A stretch of 64,000 nucleotides of DNA from Chrysomallon squamiferum (taxonomy: Eukaryota; Animalia; Mollusca), in contig CM022671.1 of NCBI GenBank assembly GCA_012295275.1, forward strand, positions 2,604,001-2,668,000, in the 5' to 3' direction. Below, piece after piece: positions 40,492 to 53,174 of the stretch (position 1 is its first letter; every line of letters starts with the position of its first letter). A program made the translations under genes and the position numbers. The notes under the pieces were generated by a model. That model saw only the letters and a list, made by a program, of their open reading frames with translations, made no database searches and had not been told where the DNA came from.

Positions 40492-43400
40492 TATGAAGTA
40501 TTATTTAAATTAATCTTAGTTAATATAATTTTCAGACAGACATTTATCGAAAGTTGTTTCTGTTTTTTATTTTTTATTTATATCATTGTTGTTGTTGTTG
40601 TTTCAAATTAATATTTTATGTACATAGATAGAAAATCATCATAAGTAGGCCAAACATTATTAATTGATATTAATTTTTATAAAATTGTTAATTAATTTCA
40701 TCTTCTTTTTCTGCTTATTATAATTGTCATTATGTTTATTATCAACATCATCATTATACTGCTATTTGTTATTGGTATTATTATTGTTTTAATTATTTTG
40801 CATTGGCTGGTTGTTGTTGTTGTATTTATGTATTTTTTTTTTGTTTTCTCTCAGAAAAATGCCAGAGCGGGAGGATGATCATCTTACTCCTGCAACTCGG
40901 CTGTTGGAAAAGCGTCGTGAAATGGCCGAAGTGGAACAGGCTTTGGCTGCACAGAAAGAAGTACACATATTTATTTTATTTCTATTAGAATATAATTATT
41001 ATTATTGTTTTGTTGTTCAAATAAAAAAACAACTTCAATAATACAAAGTGGTTATGACTTTATAAGTGTGATAAACATAAATTCATTTAGGGTAATATAA
41101 TGATACTCATTGGTTTTGAAAATTGACATTTTACCTACAGTAAAAGTACATTTTAGTTATGGAATATACATTTTAATATAGGCAACATTATAATTTTAGT
41201 TTTAACAAGCAACATTATGATTAATGTATAATTAATATTTCTAGGAATTTCAAATGAAGATGGAGAGTCTACAGCAAAGGAGGGAAGAACTAGAGAAGAA
41301 AGAATACCAACTAAAAGAATCATTATTAAAATTTGATAAATTTCTAAAAGTAAGTTTTTTTATTGCATCATCACAAAATCATGTTTTTTTTTGTTTTTTT
41401 TCAAATTTTCTAGTATTGTACATTTATAAAATTTGCTGTATATTTCAGGAAAATGATTCTAAAAGGGCTCGGGCTGTCAAAAAGGCAAACGATGAAAGGG
41501 AAATGAAAAAACAAAAAGATAAGGAAATAGAAAAGTAAGTGGAAGTTTATGTTATAAAGATATTTGTGAAAACAGCATGTTATTTCTTTTTCACACCTTA
41601 AAGTTTGTTCCATTTTATTATTCCTTTTATTCCTCTTTTTATTTTTGTATTTTTTTAACTTTAGCCAAAAAGAATATTCTAATACAACAAAATAAGTTTA
41701 AGGATTTTCACAGATGGTTTTAAATGTGTTTGATTTATGGACTAATCCTCATAATTTTTAAAATGTAGACTTAAAGAAGACACTAATGTTGTTCTGAAAG
41801 AAAAAGAAAAACTTCAGAAGAAACTGGAAAAGTATGAAGTTTTTCACCAGTACATGGAGAAAGTTCTTGAATCTGGTGAAGAGTTCCATGAACTTCGTGA
41901 CATTATCATGAGATATGACACCCTCACTGCAACACATCAGGTGAGTCACTAAAACAAATACTTCTGTACATCAGGATGAATTACTAAAACAAATATACTG
42001 TACCTCAAAGTGAATCACTAAAATAAATATTAATATACATCAACATGAATCACTATACAAATACTGACTACTAAATATCAAGGTGAATCAATACTTACTA
42101 ATAAAATTCAAAGAGAATCATTAAAATAATACTACTATATGTCAAAGTGAATCACTAAAACAAATACTACTATACCTTAAGATCAACCAGTAAAAACAAA
42201 TACATACAACTTTACATCAAGGTGAACCAGCTAAAGTAAATACTACCATACATCAAGATGAACCAACTAAAACGAATGCTACTATACATAAAGGTAACCC
42301 ACTAAAATATGAACTTACTGCTATACATCAAGGTGAATGACTAAACAGATACTTACTGATATATACTAACATAAAGTGCTGAAACAGTATTAGTTTTTCT
42401 TTATTAGGATTTGCTGGAAAGAGAACTTCAGAACCAGGAATATATAGAGAACCAGAGACAGCAGCTGTTGAAGTATAGCGAGGTGAGTTTAATTCATCAA
42501 GTAAGGTGAATGAGGTTAATTTATAAAATACCATAAAATGTGTATCATGTAAATGGAATATTAATTAGTATCCTGAAATGAGCTTTATTAATGACAGTCA
42601 TATTAGAGTAATATATAAAGTATGAATATGAAGCATTTTTCATTGCTGTTGTAAGGTTGGGGTAATTTATAAGAAATAGAGAGGATGAGGTAACTTTATC
42701 ACAAGCAAAGTAGGTGAGATTAATATACTGAGTACAATGCAGTGAGAATAATTTTTAAATACCATCAAATGAAATTATTATTTGTCATGTAAGTATAATA
42801 TTTAATGTACATAAAAGGGTGAGATTTATTTTTAAGAACGATGATGTTGCTTTATCTTGAGTTTAATTTGTATTATTCTATTATTACATAATGCAGGATA
42901 AAGACAACGAGATTCTTGGCTACAACAATCAGCTGTCAGGTCTGCAGACTCAGCTGGACAAGGCAGAGAGCTGTGCTGTAAAGTGGGAGTCCAAGTGGAC
43001 ACACATCAAAAACACAGCAGCCACAAAAACTCTCCTCCTCGGACGAATCAAAATGTAAGTATAATAAAACTCACCTTTTCAGATGAATTAAAATGTAGAT
43101 TTGACTTTAAAAAGTCTCCTCAGACAAATCAGAATGTAAATACATCACTTCAAAATAATTCTTCTTTTTCAGCCAAACCAAAAGTTAAACATAGTACTAA
43201 AAAATCTCCTTGGACAAATAAAAATTCAGTTTATAAAAAAAATCTTTTTCATGAACAAGTCAAAATACTATATAAATTTTTATCAGATAAATCAAAAGTA
43301 GAAAATGTTCTTTCAGAAATCAAATTTTTTTAAATTATAAGTTTTACTTAAATACAAAATTTCAAATGAATATAAATGTAAACATTCTTAAATATTTAAT

Positions 43401-46400
43401 ATTTCTTAGTTTTAATAAAACACTGCCATTAAACATCTAATTCTAAAAACTATTTTTGTGGTAATTATTATTTTTTTTATGATAACAGTACCAGTGCTGT
43501 GTGTTATAGACATTTAATTTAAGAAAATATTAAAGCTCTGAATGTTGAATGTTTTCAGGGCAACTCATAACTTATACCAGATAGTGAAAAAACACCAGAA
43601 ACAAGCTGCTACAGAGGAAGATACTAATGAGCAATTACAACAGGTACTGAATCTTTCTGGTCTTTTTTGTTTTAAATTGATAGATAAATGGACAGCTGCA
43701 ATAGATATTACTTAATTTTTTGGTTTGCTTACTTGTGTGGTTTTTTTTCATTTTTTTCGGTACTGTCAGAATTTTACATTGGGTCCCATTACTCAGAATC
43801 ATAAGAATAAAATAAAACCATACATATGCTTAGGTGCAATATTTGAGAAACCTAGTGCATGAGTAATGACGATGGACTAATAATTTTTCCGATGTTTCCA
43901 GATTAAATGTTTATCAAATGCCATGAATATGCATAAAAAGATAACACAAAATGAAAAGAACAATGTATGGAGTGATTACATATTTTCTTTTCAGCCTGTC
44001 ATTTTACATATTCATAATATTAAATGGTGTTGAGGTGTTAATGAATTAATTTGCTTCTATTTATTCAAATCAAACTTTTGTGATACTTTCTCTGAAACAG
44101 TGATTCAAATCAACAACTGTCATTTTGTTTTTAATTATCTTGCATTTATTACTCACTTAAAATTTATATCTGTTGCACTTGCTTCTGTTGTGTTTCAGTC
44201 ATTTTATTGTTTGTAATGTGCTTACTTTTACTGAAGATTCAAGTCTCTCTTAGCTCTTTAAAATATTTAAATGACCATTTGTCTGGCTTCCAGAAATCTG
44301 GCTTATAGTTTAAGCACATATTTAGCTTTGATCCAGAAAAGTTTAAACTCTAGAAACCTCAGACACTTAGAGACCGAAGCCTGCTGGATCAGTGAACTGG
44401 TGCCTGTATAAACAGGGATGAATTCAAAGTTGTCATCTCAAATACAATCAGTGTTAATGGTCTTTTTAAAAGAATTGTCTGTTTCATAGTCATGGTTCTT
44501 CTACACTTGTTCCTTTCAGTTTGTTGCTATATATATATATATTTTTTTTTAAATTCATTTTCCCATCACTTTTACTAAAAGGAAAAAAATGTATTTTAAT
44601 TACAATTTGTAATGAATTAAAAAAAGTATTGTTGGATTTTTTCTTCTACCCACCTCCCAGAAAGATTTCATTAATTTCATTTTAATTTATTTCATTTATA
44701 AAGAATTATGATTTGTTCCCTCTTTGACTAACAGTTAAAAATTTGTGTTTTGGTAATATTATCAGCTGTTGATCTTTTGGCAAAGATGATAGGATTGTTG
44801 TCTGTTGAAAAAAGTGTGTCATGAGAGCTAAATATATAGACGGGAAGTCAAAATCACTAAAGTAAATAACACTAGCTGTTAAGTATTTTTAAAACTGGCA
44901 GAGCATTTCACTCTCCTATGTCTGTTATTATTACAATATAATTATGTTTGATATATGATGTCTGTTTATATAGATATATATATATATATATTTATATTTA
45001 TTTTATTTTTCATCTTTTTTTAATTTATTTTTCTTTCTTCTCCTTTTTTTTTTTTCGTATCTTTATCTCTTTTAGGTCCACATGTTTATTATTGATATGG
45101 CAGATATTCTAAAAGAAACAAAGAGTCATTACCGTACAAATTCAGATAACGTGTTTACTTTGTAAACAGATGAAACATTGTCTTTGATTGATTGATTGAT
45201 CTGTTACTGTATTTGTTATAAGAAACACTTTTTTTTTTAAACAATATTAAGCAGTTTTAGAGAACTGCAAAGTTAGAGTTTGCTATTTATCAGATCTTTG
45301 GTGTTTGCAGTTTGGTATCAATATTTTAGTTTTTGTTCAATTACATGCTTTGATGACAGTTGGTTACAGATTTGTCTAAATTTAACAACATGAAAATCTC
45401 CTTTCAACTCAAAGCAGCAGTATCATATACAAGTTGACAAAACTTTTATACTTAGCTTCAAAATTAATATAAAGGTATTTAAGTTCATAAAACTTTCAGA
45501 CGAGATAAACTGATACTGTTTGAATTAATTGCAGTTTAATACCTCTCCTTTTCATTTAAATGCATACTAACCACTGTGTTCCTAAAACTGACAAAATTAT
45601 GGTTACTTTTAATGACAAATGGTACCATCCTATGTAACGCATTGATAGTTTCACTTTGTAAAGTACAGATGCTATCTACACAGTGTTATTTTTTAATTTT
45701 GTTGGGTAACACAAGTACTTTTCTAAATTTAATACTGGTATATACTTTTCATTTGATGATAAACTACTATTCTGAAATTTGATGGTTATTACTATTCAAG
45801 ACAAAGATGATACATCTAATTGCACCAGCTGGAGGTTTTAAAACATTTTGAAAGTGACCTCTGAATCTGACTTTGACATAATCTCTGATCTTTAATTATT
45901 AATCATAAATTTATGGCATTTCTGATTGACAACTTCATCATTTTATAATTTTGTTGTTCTTGTCTCATTATTATTTGATTTTTTTCTTCCATCTAGTCAT
46001 TATCTCAGAAATTAGTATTTTGTTTTTTGCTTACTACTATTATTATTATAATTATTATTATTACTTTTATTTATTAATTGATCAACTGATTTATTTAATA
46101 TTTATTTATTTAAATATTTACATAATAAAATTTAACAATTAAAAAATTAGTATATGATCCTAAAATAAAACTAGCTCTTTTGATTTTTTTTTCTTTTTCT
46201 TTTTCTTCAATGTTAAAGCAGTTTTTTTTATTTATTTATTTGAATTTTTAAAAAAAAATTATTTTATGTGCTATTTGCTGTTTAAATTTAAAGCTTGTTG
46301 CAACACTTCTTGGAAAATAAAGTTTTCATCAATGTTTACATGTCTATTTTGTAAATGATATGTTTTTTCATGGTTTTTTTATTAATAATTTTGTTTGCAT

Positions 46401-46441
46401 TCATTCATTTTAATACTTATTTATTTTCAATTTATTATTAC

Positions 46442-46494
<53 letters not shown>

Positions 46495-46597
46495 TACCAT
46501 CGTCATCACAATCCTCATCATCATAAAGTAACTGTTTATTTCAGTTAAAATATGAAGACACAAACTTGAAAAATACATTTAGTTAATGTTTGTTTGT

Positions 46598-46632
<35 letters not shown>

Positions 46633-46793
46633 CCTCCACCCGTGAGGCTATGTCCAATTCCAAACATGACCTCACAATTGATTTAGCAAAACTATGGAAA
46701 GGTGCACACACAGTATCCCTTGTTACTAATCTATATAAATCAGCTTTCCTTCCTCATAACATGTCTGATGCACGTCTGGTATGTTTCTAAGTA

Positions 46794-46833
<40 letters not shown>

Positions 46834-47803
46834 TGCATGCTCACTTTAGTATTTTCATATCATAACCAAAATAACTAACAATTCAGACTATAACAACATA
46901 TTATTTAAGCCTTTCAAATCTGCAAGATGAATACAAAATTTGAAAACACCTTTATAGAATTTAATGAATCCTGTCTACATTTAAAAATCATATGAAATCC
47001 TTGAAATCCTTGTTCCAGTTTTATTACATGAATGGTGGAGAATTGTATTTACAGATCTGTTAAAGAAAAATAAAAAGATTGGTGATGAACATTTTCTTCA
47101 TCTTTAAGTATGCTTTTTTTATTGTTATTAGCATGCCAGATATATATATCTTTTTCTGGTATTTTAAAACATGTATTGTTTTAAACATTTTTTGTTGCAA
47201 ATGTTCTAAATGTTCATCAAAGGGTTAACTTTTTAATATTTTGTTATAAAAATCTGATGTGTGTGTGTGTTTTTATTTGTTGTTGTTGATTTGGGGTTTA
47301 TTGATTTTTAATACTTTTTTTATATTATCATTGCAATGTGATGTTTTAAGAATGATTTCTTGTGTGTTTAAAAATGTTTGTGGTTATATATACCAGTTAT
47401 AAACAATGATATTCTGTGATTTATTATAACATCTTTATTAGCATGATGTGCTGCTGTGTTGTTCTAGACATTGTTTTCAATGGTGTTTAATGATTGTAAC
47501 CTAAACGTTTTTGTTGTTTTCTGCATGTTGTTGATATCTCATGTTTAATTCTGTTATGATGTCTTAAACTGCTTTTCAGTCAGTTTTTTAAATTATATAG
47601 TGTCTGTTTATTTATTTTATTTAGATGTTTACTGCTGTTTTGTTTTTGTTGTTGTTGTTGTTTTTTGGTCTCATTAAAATTTTTGTCTATTTTTAATTTT
47701 TTTACAGATTCAGACTTTTCTCATGGATCTCAATCAAATTACTTCTGAGATTAAGAAAATGGAACAGACAGGAACATCCATCATTCCACCATCTTCCAGT
47801 TAA
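40246..47803 (+). CDS. CCDC42: Coiled-coil domain-containing protein 42 / CFAP73 family (DUF4200), about 310-312 aa depending on last exon
   Basis: Exons 40246-40301, 40855-40960, 41245-41349, 41449-41534, 41769-41940, 42408-42482, 42897-43054, 43559-43643, then 45076-45165 or 47708-47803. Motifs [30 protein letters not shown] and [31 protein letters not shown]. Orthology to CCDC42 versus CFAP73 is not resolvable here. Confidence 0.93.
41934..42362 (+). repeat. About 12 tandem ~35-bp copies of the exon 5 donor junction filling CCDC42 intron 5
   Basis: Unit 1 is ACATCAG|GTGAGTCACTAAAACAAATACTTCTGT. Later units resemble ACATCAAGGTGAATCACTAAAACAAATACTACTAT. Confidence 0.88.
43025..43330 (+). 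repeat. About 8 decaying ~40-bp copies of the exon 7 3' end plus donor in CCDC42 intron 7
   Basis: Unit 1 is AAAAACTCTCCTCCTCGGACGAATCAAAAT|GTAAGT. Echoes include AAAACTCACCTTTTCAGATGAATTAAAATGTAG, AAAAAGTCTCCTCAGACAAATCAGAATGTAAA and AAAAAATCTCCTTGGACAAATAAAAAT. Confidence 0.8.
45076..45165 (+). CDS. CCDC42: CCDC42 proximal alternative last exon
   Basis: Long polypyrimidine tract and TTTAG|, phase 0. Encodes [29 protein letters not shown]. Confidence 0.75.
   Translation, partial: VHMFIIDMADILKETKSHYRTNSDNVFTL
47708..47803 (+). CDS. CCDC42: CCDC42 distal alternative last exon
   Basis: TTTTTACAG|, phase 0. Encodes [31 protein letters not shown]. Confidence 0.85.
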   Translation: MQTFLMDLNQITSEIKKMEQTGTSIIPPSSS

Positions 47804-48293
47804 CAAGCAAACACACCACATTCAGGTCACCTTTCTCGTGCACTAGTAGAATACCTCCACCATCGTCTAGCTAGTTGATCAGAGCAAAATGTATATACTG
47901 AGTGACCTATTACATCTATGACAACATGTGACTTTAATTGGGTTTTATTTTTTTTAATTTTTAAAACAATTTTTAAAGATTTATTTGATTTTTATTTATA
48001 TTTTATTTATTTATATATTTATTATTGTCTATATATTTTTTTTTCTTGTAGCATTTTGCAGCTTTATTTTAATATATATTTTATACATTCAGGGAAACTA
48101 TTTAAAAATAATGTTTATTGCCCCGTGTACACAACTTTATTTCTGTTGGAAATTTATACACCTTGTATGTATATGTAATATAAATACTAATAGTTTGACC
48201 ACATGTGTATTTAATTTGTGTATTTATGTTCCTTTGGAGCCTTTAGCTATGTGGTTACATGTGTATTTACTTATGTTTATTTCAGCTGAGTTT

Positions 48294-48326
<33 letters not shown>

Positions 48327-49982
48327 GATAGGTAGTTATGTATGGTAATGTATTTATTGAAGACTATTCAGAGTGATGTGTTACTGTCTGTATGAGAACA
48401 TGTGTAAGTGTGTAAGTGTGTATGTGCTTAAAGCACCCCTTTGTGATAGTATGTTTGTACTTATTTTTAACTCTTCACAGTCGTGCATATATTTGGGTAC
48501 AAGTAAAAGGTGAATGATTTGTTTTTTATTAAAAGTTGAAATATCAAAAATAAAATACTTAAATAGGTTTATACATACAAAGTTTTATAGGTTGGAGGTG
48601 AAGTTCAAGTTATAATAAAATAATTAAATCAGTTTAAACATAAACATTTTTATATATTTTAGAGGTAAAGTTTTAATATTACCTGTAATTTATTTAGATA
48701 TTTTTTGTAATTCATTTTTAACATTTTTTATTCATATTTTTGTACAGTCTGACTTCTCCGTCATTTTCTATAATATATTTTAATCACTTTTTCTTTTTAC
48801 ATATACATTATTCACTACCGTTTATAGTAGTATTTAAACTGCTTTTTAGAAGGCTGTTGTCCTTGTTTTACATTCATTAGTATGCACATACAATTTTCAA
48901 CGTTCTTGGTGTTAGCCATTTGCACCACAGTTGTGTATTCTGCTTCTGCATTTAATGTATAGTGGTTTAAGTGATTACTATGTAAATAAAAATCTTTGTC
49001 AGTGGATTTGTTGTTTTTGTTTCTGTTCTTTTTTTTTCTTGTGTTTAGCATTATAATTAATATTACAAAGTAAATTGTTTTATTTTCATATAATAAACAA
49101 TTCTACATGCCTTTCATGTCTGTTTGATATTTTCTTTTTTATTCCTTTCATTCTTATATTTATATTCTGGACAGTTTCTCAAAAGAATATAATGTTATTT
49201 TGAAAAGAAAACTTTTACTTAACCAGGAACTTCAGGGGATTATGCAGGATTATACCAATGTCTGTTTATAGTTTTCGTATTCATAATCTGTATTAATTTT
49301 TTATTAGATATAATTATTTTATTCTTTTCTTATGCATCACACAATATTAATTACCCAAAGCAGATTTCAAAATTCTATTTTTGTCATTTATCATCATTTT
49401 TTTTCATTCTTTTTTATTCTTTATATATATATAGAAGTGGTGTGAACTAACAGATTAAAATTATTGAATGTGCATGCTTTTTAATCTAAATCGTCATCAG
49501 AATATATATATACAAAGTGACAAAACAAGGTGTTAAAAATATTTTATTTCAAAATATATTTTACAGATTTGGAACATAATAAAATAATGAAAATAGAAAT
49601 AAATATATATTACAAACTTAATAAAAAATTGAAAGGTTTTTTACATATTGTTTTTCATTTCAGCATGATAATATTCGTTTGTAGTTATACATAGCTTTAC
49701 ATTTTATACAGATTATTATTTTCAACATATTAAATATGTATTAACACAGTTTTATAAATATAATAAATAACATATGTATATTTATAATTATTTTTCGCAA
49801 GATTTCATTGAGACAGTTTAACACGAAAATGTTGAACACATTAAAAGGACAATACTCGTTACTCTTTTTTTGTGCTTGTCGTCTATTTGTTTGTTGTTTG
49901 TTTTTGGGTGTGTTTTTTTTGGGGGGGTTGTTGTTGTTGGGTTTTTTTTTTTGGGGGGTATTAATAATATTTTAAAATGTGA

Positions 49983-52199
49983 TCACAAAAAACATGTTGC
50001 TTGTTGAGGATGTTTACACTTCCAGTTGAAGAAATCGTACAAAAAGCCAGTGGGGCATGATGACCTAGTTAGCAAACCGAATGTGCACGTGTAATAACGG
50101 GAACAGTTCGACCAATCAGGAAACTGGAAATAAGTCACATGGTTAGGACATACGACTGGACCTGAAAATTTAGCGAAAGAAGAGTTGAATTATTTTACAT
50201 ATAATGCAATATAATCTGAAACTGGTGTCTGCTGAAAGAAATTATAGGTTATTATTATTATACTACTGCTACTGCTTCTACTATTACTAATTATTATTAT
50301 TATTTCAATGTATGTGGACGATGTTAGTATGCTTGCTTTTCTTTTCTGTTGTTTTATTTATAATTATATTTTAGTCGGTGCGTGAGGCATCTGCCGCAGA
50401 AGATCAAATTCACTGTAGTAAATTTTTATCAAGCTTTCAGAAATAATAAAAGATTGCTTTAAACTCTAAACCTTTATTTCAGTCGTTTTGAGATTGTTTG
50501 ATTTCAGTTTTAGACTTACATTTTAGCAAAGTATTTACATCTATATGCAATCCTTACTTTATTGCTAATTACACATCTACAAAAATTAGAGAAATAGTTT
50601 AGTTCTTTTCGTAAATTAAAATGATGAAGATGATGATAAAAAGAAGTTCTGCTTGATATTGATCATTTCTAAGACAAAAACCATTCAGTAAGTTGTTTTT
50701 TTTTTGTTGTTTTTTATTTTGTAATTACTTTTTTTTTTTTTTTTTTTTTTTTTATTTAATGTAATTATTATGCTATGTTAGTACATTGGTTTATAGAATA
50801 CAGATACCGTCAAAAGAAGCATGAACAATAACAAAATAATTTATTAAAATTATAATTAAAATTGATTTAAGTAATCTAAAAATTGTTAAAGAATACATGT
50901 AGAATACATAAAATTATGTTTACACGAAGATACATGTTATTTATATATATACATATCATCATATTGTTTTATTATTATTTCTAGATTCTAGTGTATTACT
51001 TTTATAAGTGAAACTGTTTATTCTTTGTATATGGATAATTTTAAAAACATCAATCCAAACAGTTAATTTAAAAGAAAATTTTTACGGAAATGTAGACGGT
51101 TCGCCAAAGCAAAATAATTATAATACTTGTATAAATGGTTTTAAAATGCAAAGTTCTAAAATTAATTTGCGATCACAAACATGGATGTTGTGATTATCTC
51201 CAAAACTGGTATTGATATTGCCTCAAAACAAAACGTGAAAAATAAAATAAAATAGGTTTTTATTGTACTCACTGGATTTTCATTAATTAACTAGGAAAAT
51301 TCATAGTTCCGCCTAAAAAGAATTCAAAGTAATCAAAATTCGGTACTTATTTGTCGAAGTCAAGTAATGACGTTTACCAAGCTATCGGACGTCACTGTAA
51401 TCAGCAACTAACTACTTTGAAATCATTCTGTTCCTTCAGTTCATACCCATAATTTGAAATAAAACGCTGTGTTATTTCACAAAATGTAAAAAATTACAAT
51501 TTGGAAAGAAAGTTATAATTTATCATAAACATTATTAAGGCTTCTGTAAAATAAAACAAATCATCAAGGTTTGATCATCAATAATTTTCACCTTCTGAAG
51601 TAGTCACAAAACATACCAAATAAAAAAACTAAAAAAAACCTGTCGATTTTCAATTAAATCTAGCAATGTTTTAATAGATACGGGAAATGTCGGCCAGATT
51701 GTTCTGGAAATTATATGTCCGGATAAAGTATGAAAAAGAATATAGTTTTTTACTTTAATTTTACGTGCCTGGCATTGTTTATTATTACTATAATAATTTT
51801 TTTTTTTTTTTTTTGTTCTCTACAAACGAAATAAATAAATAAATCAGATATTTCTGGATTACACAAAACAAGGACTGTTATAAGTTAAAGAAACAAGACA
51901 GAATATAATAACTGATTTTATCTACTTTTTATTATTATTTCATTCAGTTTTAATTATTTTTTATTATTATTATTTATTATATATATATATATATATATAT
52001 ATTTAGTCTTGTTATTGTTGAAGTTTCTTTTCATGGTATCTGTATTCAGTAAACTAATGTACTAACATGGTATAATTTAGTTGTATTAGCTAAACAGAAC
52101 AAAACAAAAACAAAACATTTTCTTCTTAAATGATTTTTGTTTAGAAATGAGGAATTTCATCACGTAGAAGCTGCTGTCACTAAATATTAATTATAAAAA

Positions 52200-52235
<36 letters not shown>

Positions 52236-53086
52236 TATAAAATTAAGGATAAGTATTTGTCGACAATAATGGCATAGCCATGTTTTTATGACTATTCGTT
52301 TGATTTGCTAACTAATATTGACTAACATTAGGTTACCAATGCGTGTATGTTGGTTTGGGCGCGCGTTTGGACGTGTTATATGTGTTTTACGTGTGATTGT
52401 GTAAATTTGTTTTTCTTCGAGCCATTTTAATCATATATATATCTGATTTAAAGAATTCGCAATAATTAATTTGCACTTGCTTAAGCCCTTACCTCCTCAT
52501 TCCCAAAATCTAAATAACATTACAAAAATAAATTAAATGAACAGTATTTTGATTCTGTCTGAAATATAAATGAGAAATACAATGTGGATAAAATCAAAAA
52601 TAAAACCCATTACGAGCTTTTATCTGTTCAATACTAGCCAACCCGTCTAAGACGGAAAAGAATTTAGCGGAAGTTTAGAAGATTCACATAAACTGACATT
52701 ACTACTTACATTTCGTCTGCTGTGGTTTGGTAGCGGTCTTTTCTTGCCATTTGCATTTTACATTGTATTTCCAGTCGCAGTACCGTGTGTTGGGATTGAA
52801 CTGGAGACCCATGGGACATGCACGTATCCATAATCCACCATTAAAACACTGAATGTACTGATCACAGTGTTGAGGGTGAGGAAACAAACCAAGTTTTCCA
52901 CCACAGCTGTTTGATTTTAGTGTAAAGACAAAATGTGACAGACTGGCTGAAACAAACAACAAATATATCTGTATCTAAATATATACAGATAAATCGAATA
53001 CTATAAATACTTATGTTTTTACTTCTTTATTTTTCTCTATCAAAAAATTTTTTTTCTTTCTTTTCTTCTTCTTCTTCTTCTTCTTC

Positions 53087-53117
<31 letters not shown>

Positions 53118-53174
53118 GCTTAATATATGTTTACCTGAAATCGCTGCAACTACAACCCAACAGCTGCACCACAT
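49983..53174 (-). CDS. Secreted 151-aa protein with two chitin-binding type-2 (CBM14/peritrophin-A) domains
   Basis: Exons 53135-53174 (MWCSCWVVVAAIS), 52710-52946 (CGGKLGLFPHPQHCDQYIQC...CPMGLQFNPNTRYCDWKYNVKC) and 49983-50161 (CPNH...FPDWSNCSRYYTC...CPTGFLYDFFNWKCKHPQQATC). Both introns are phase 1, total 456 nt, with two six-Cys patterns. Confidence 0.92.

Noticed and set aside
42983-43333. 116-aa repetitive ORF
   Set aside because: It is an off-frame read through exon 7 and the junction-derived tandem repeat, with a GTG start and no independent gene signals.
43902-44033. A further CCDC42 terminal exon candidate (TTTCCAG|[13 protein letters not shown]...)
   Set aside because: The acceptor is plausible, but the peptide does not resemble the conserved C-terminal helix. 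Unsupported without transcripts.
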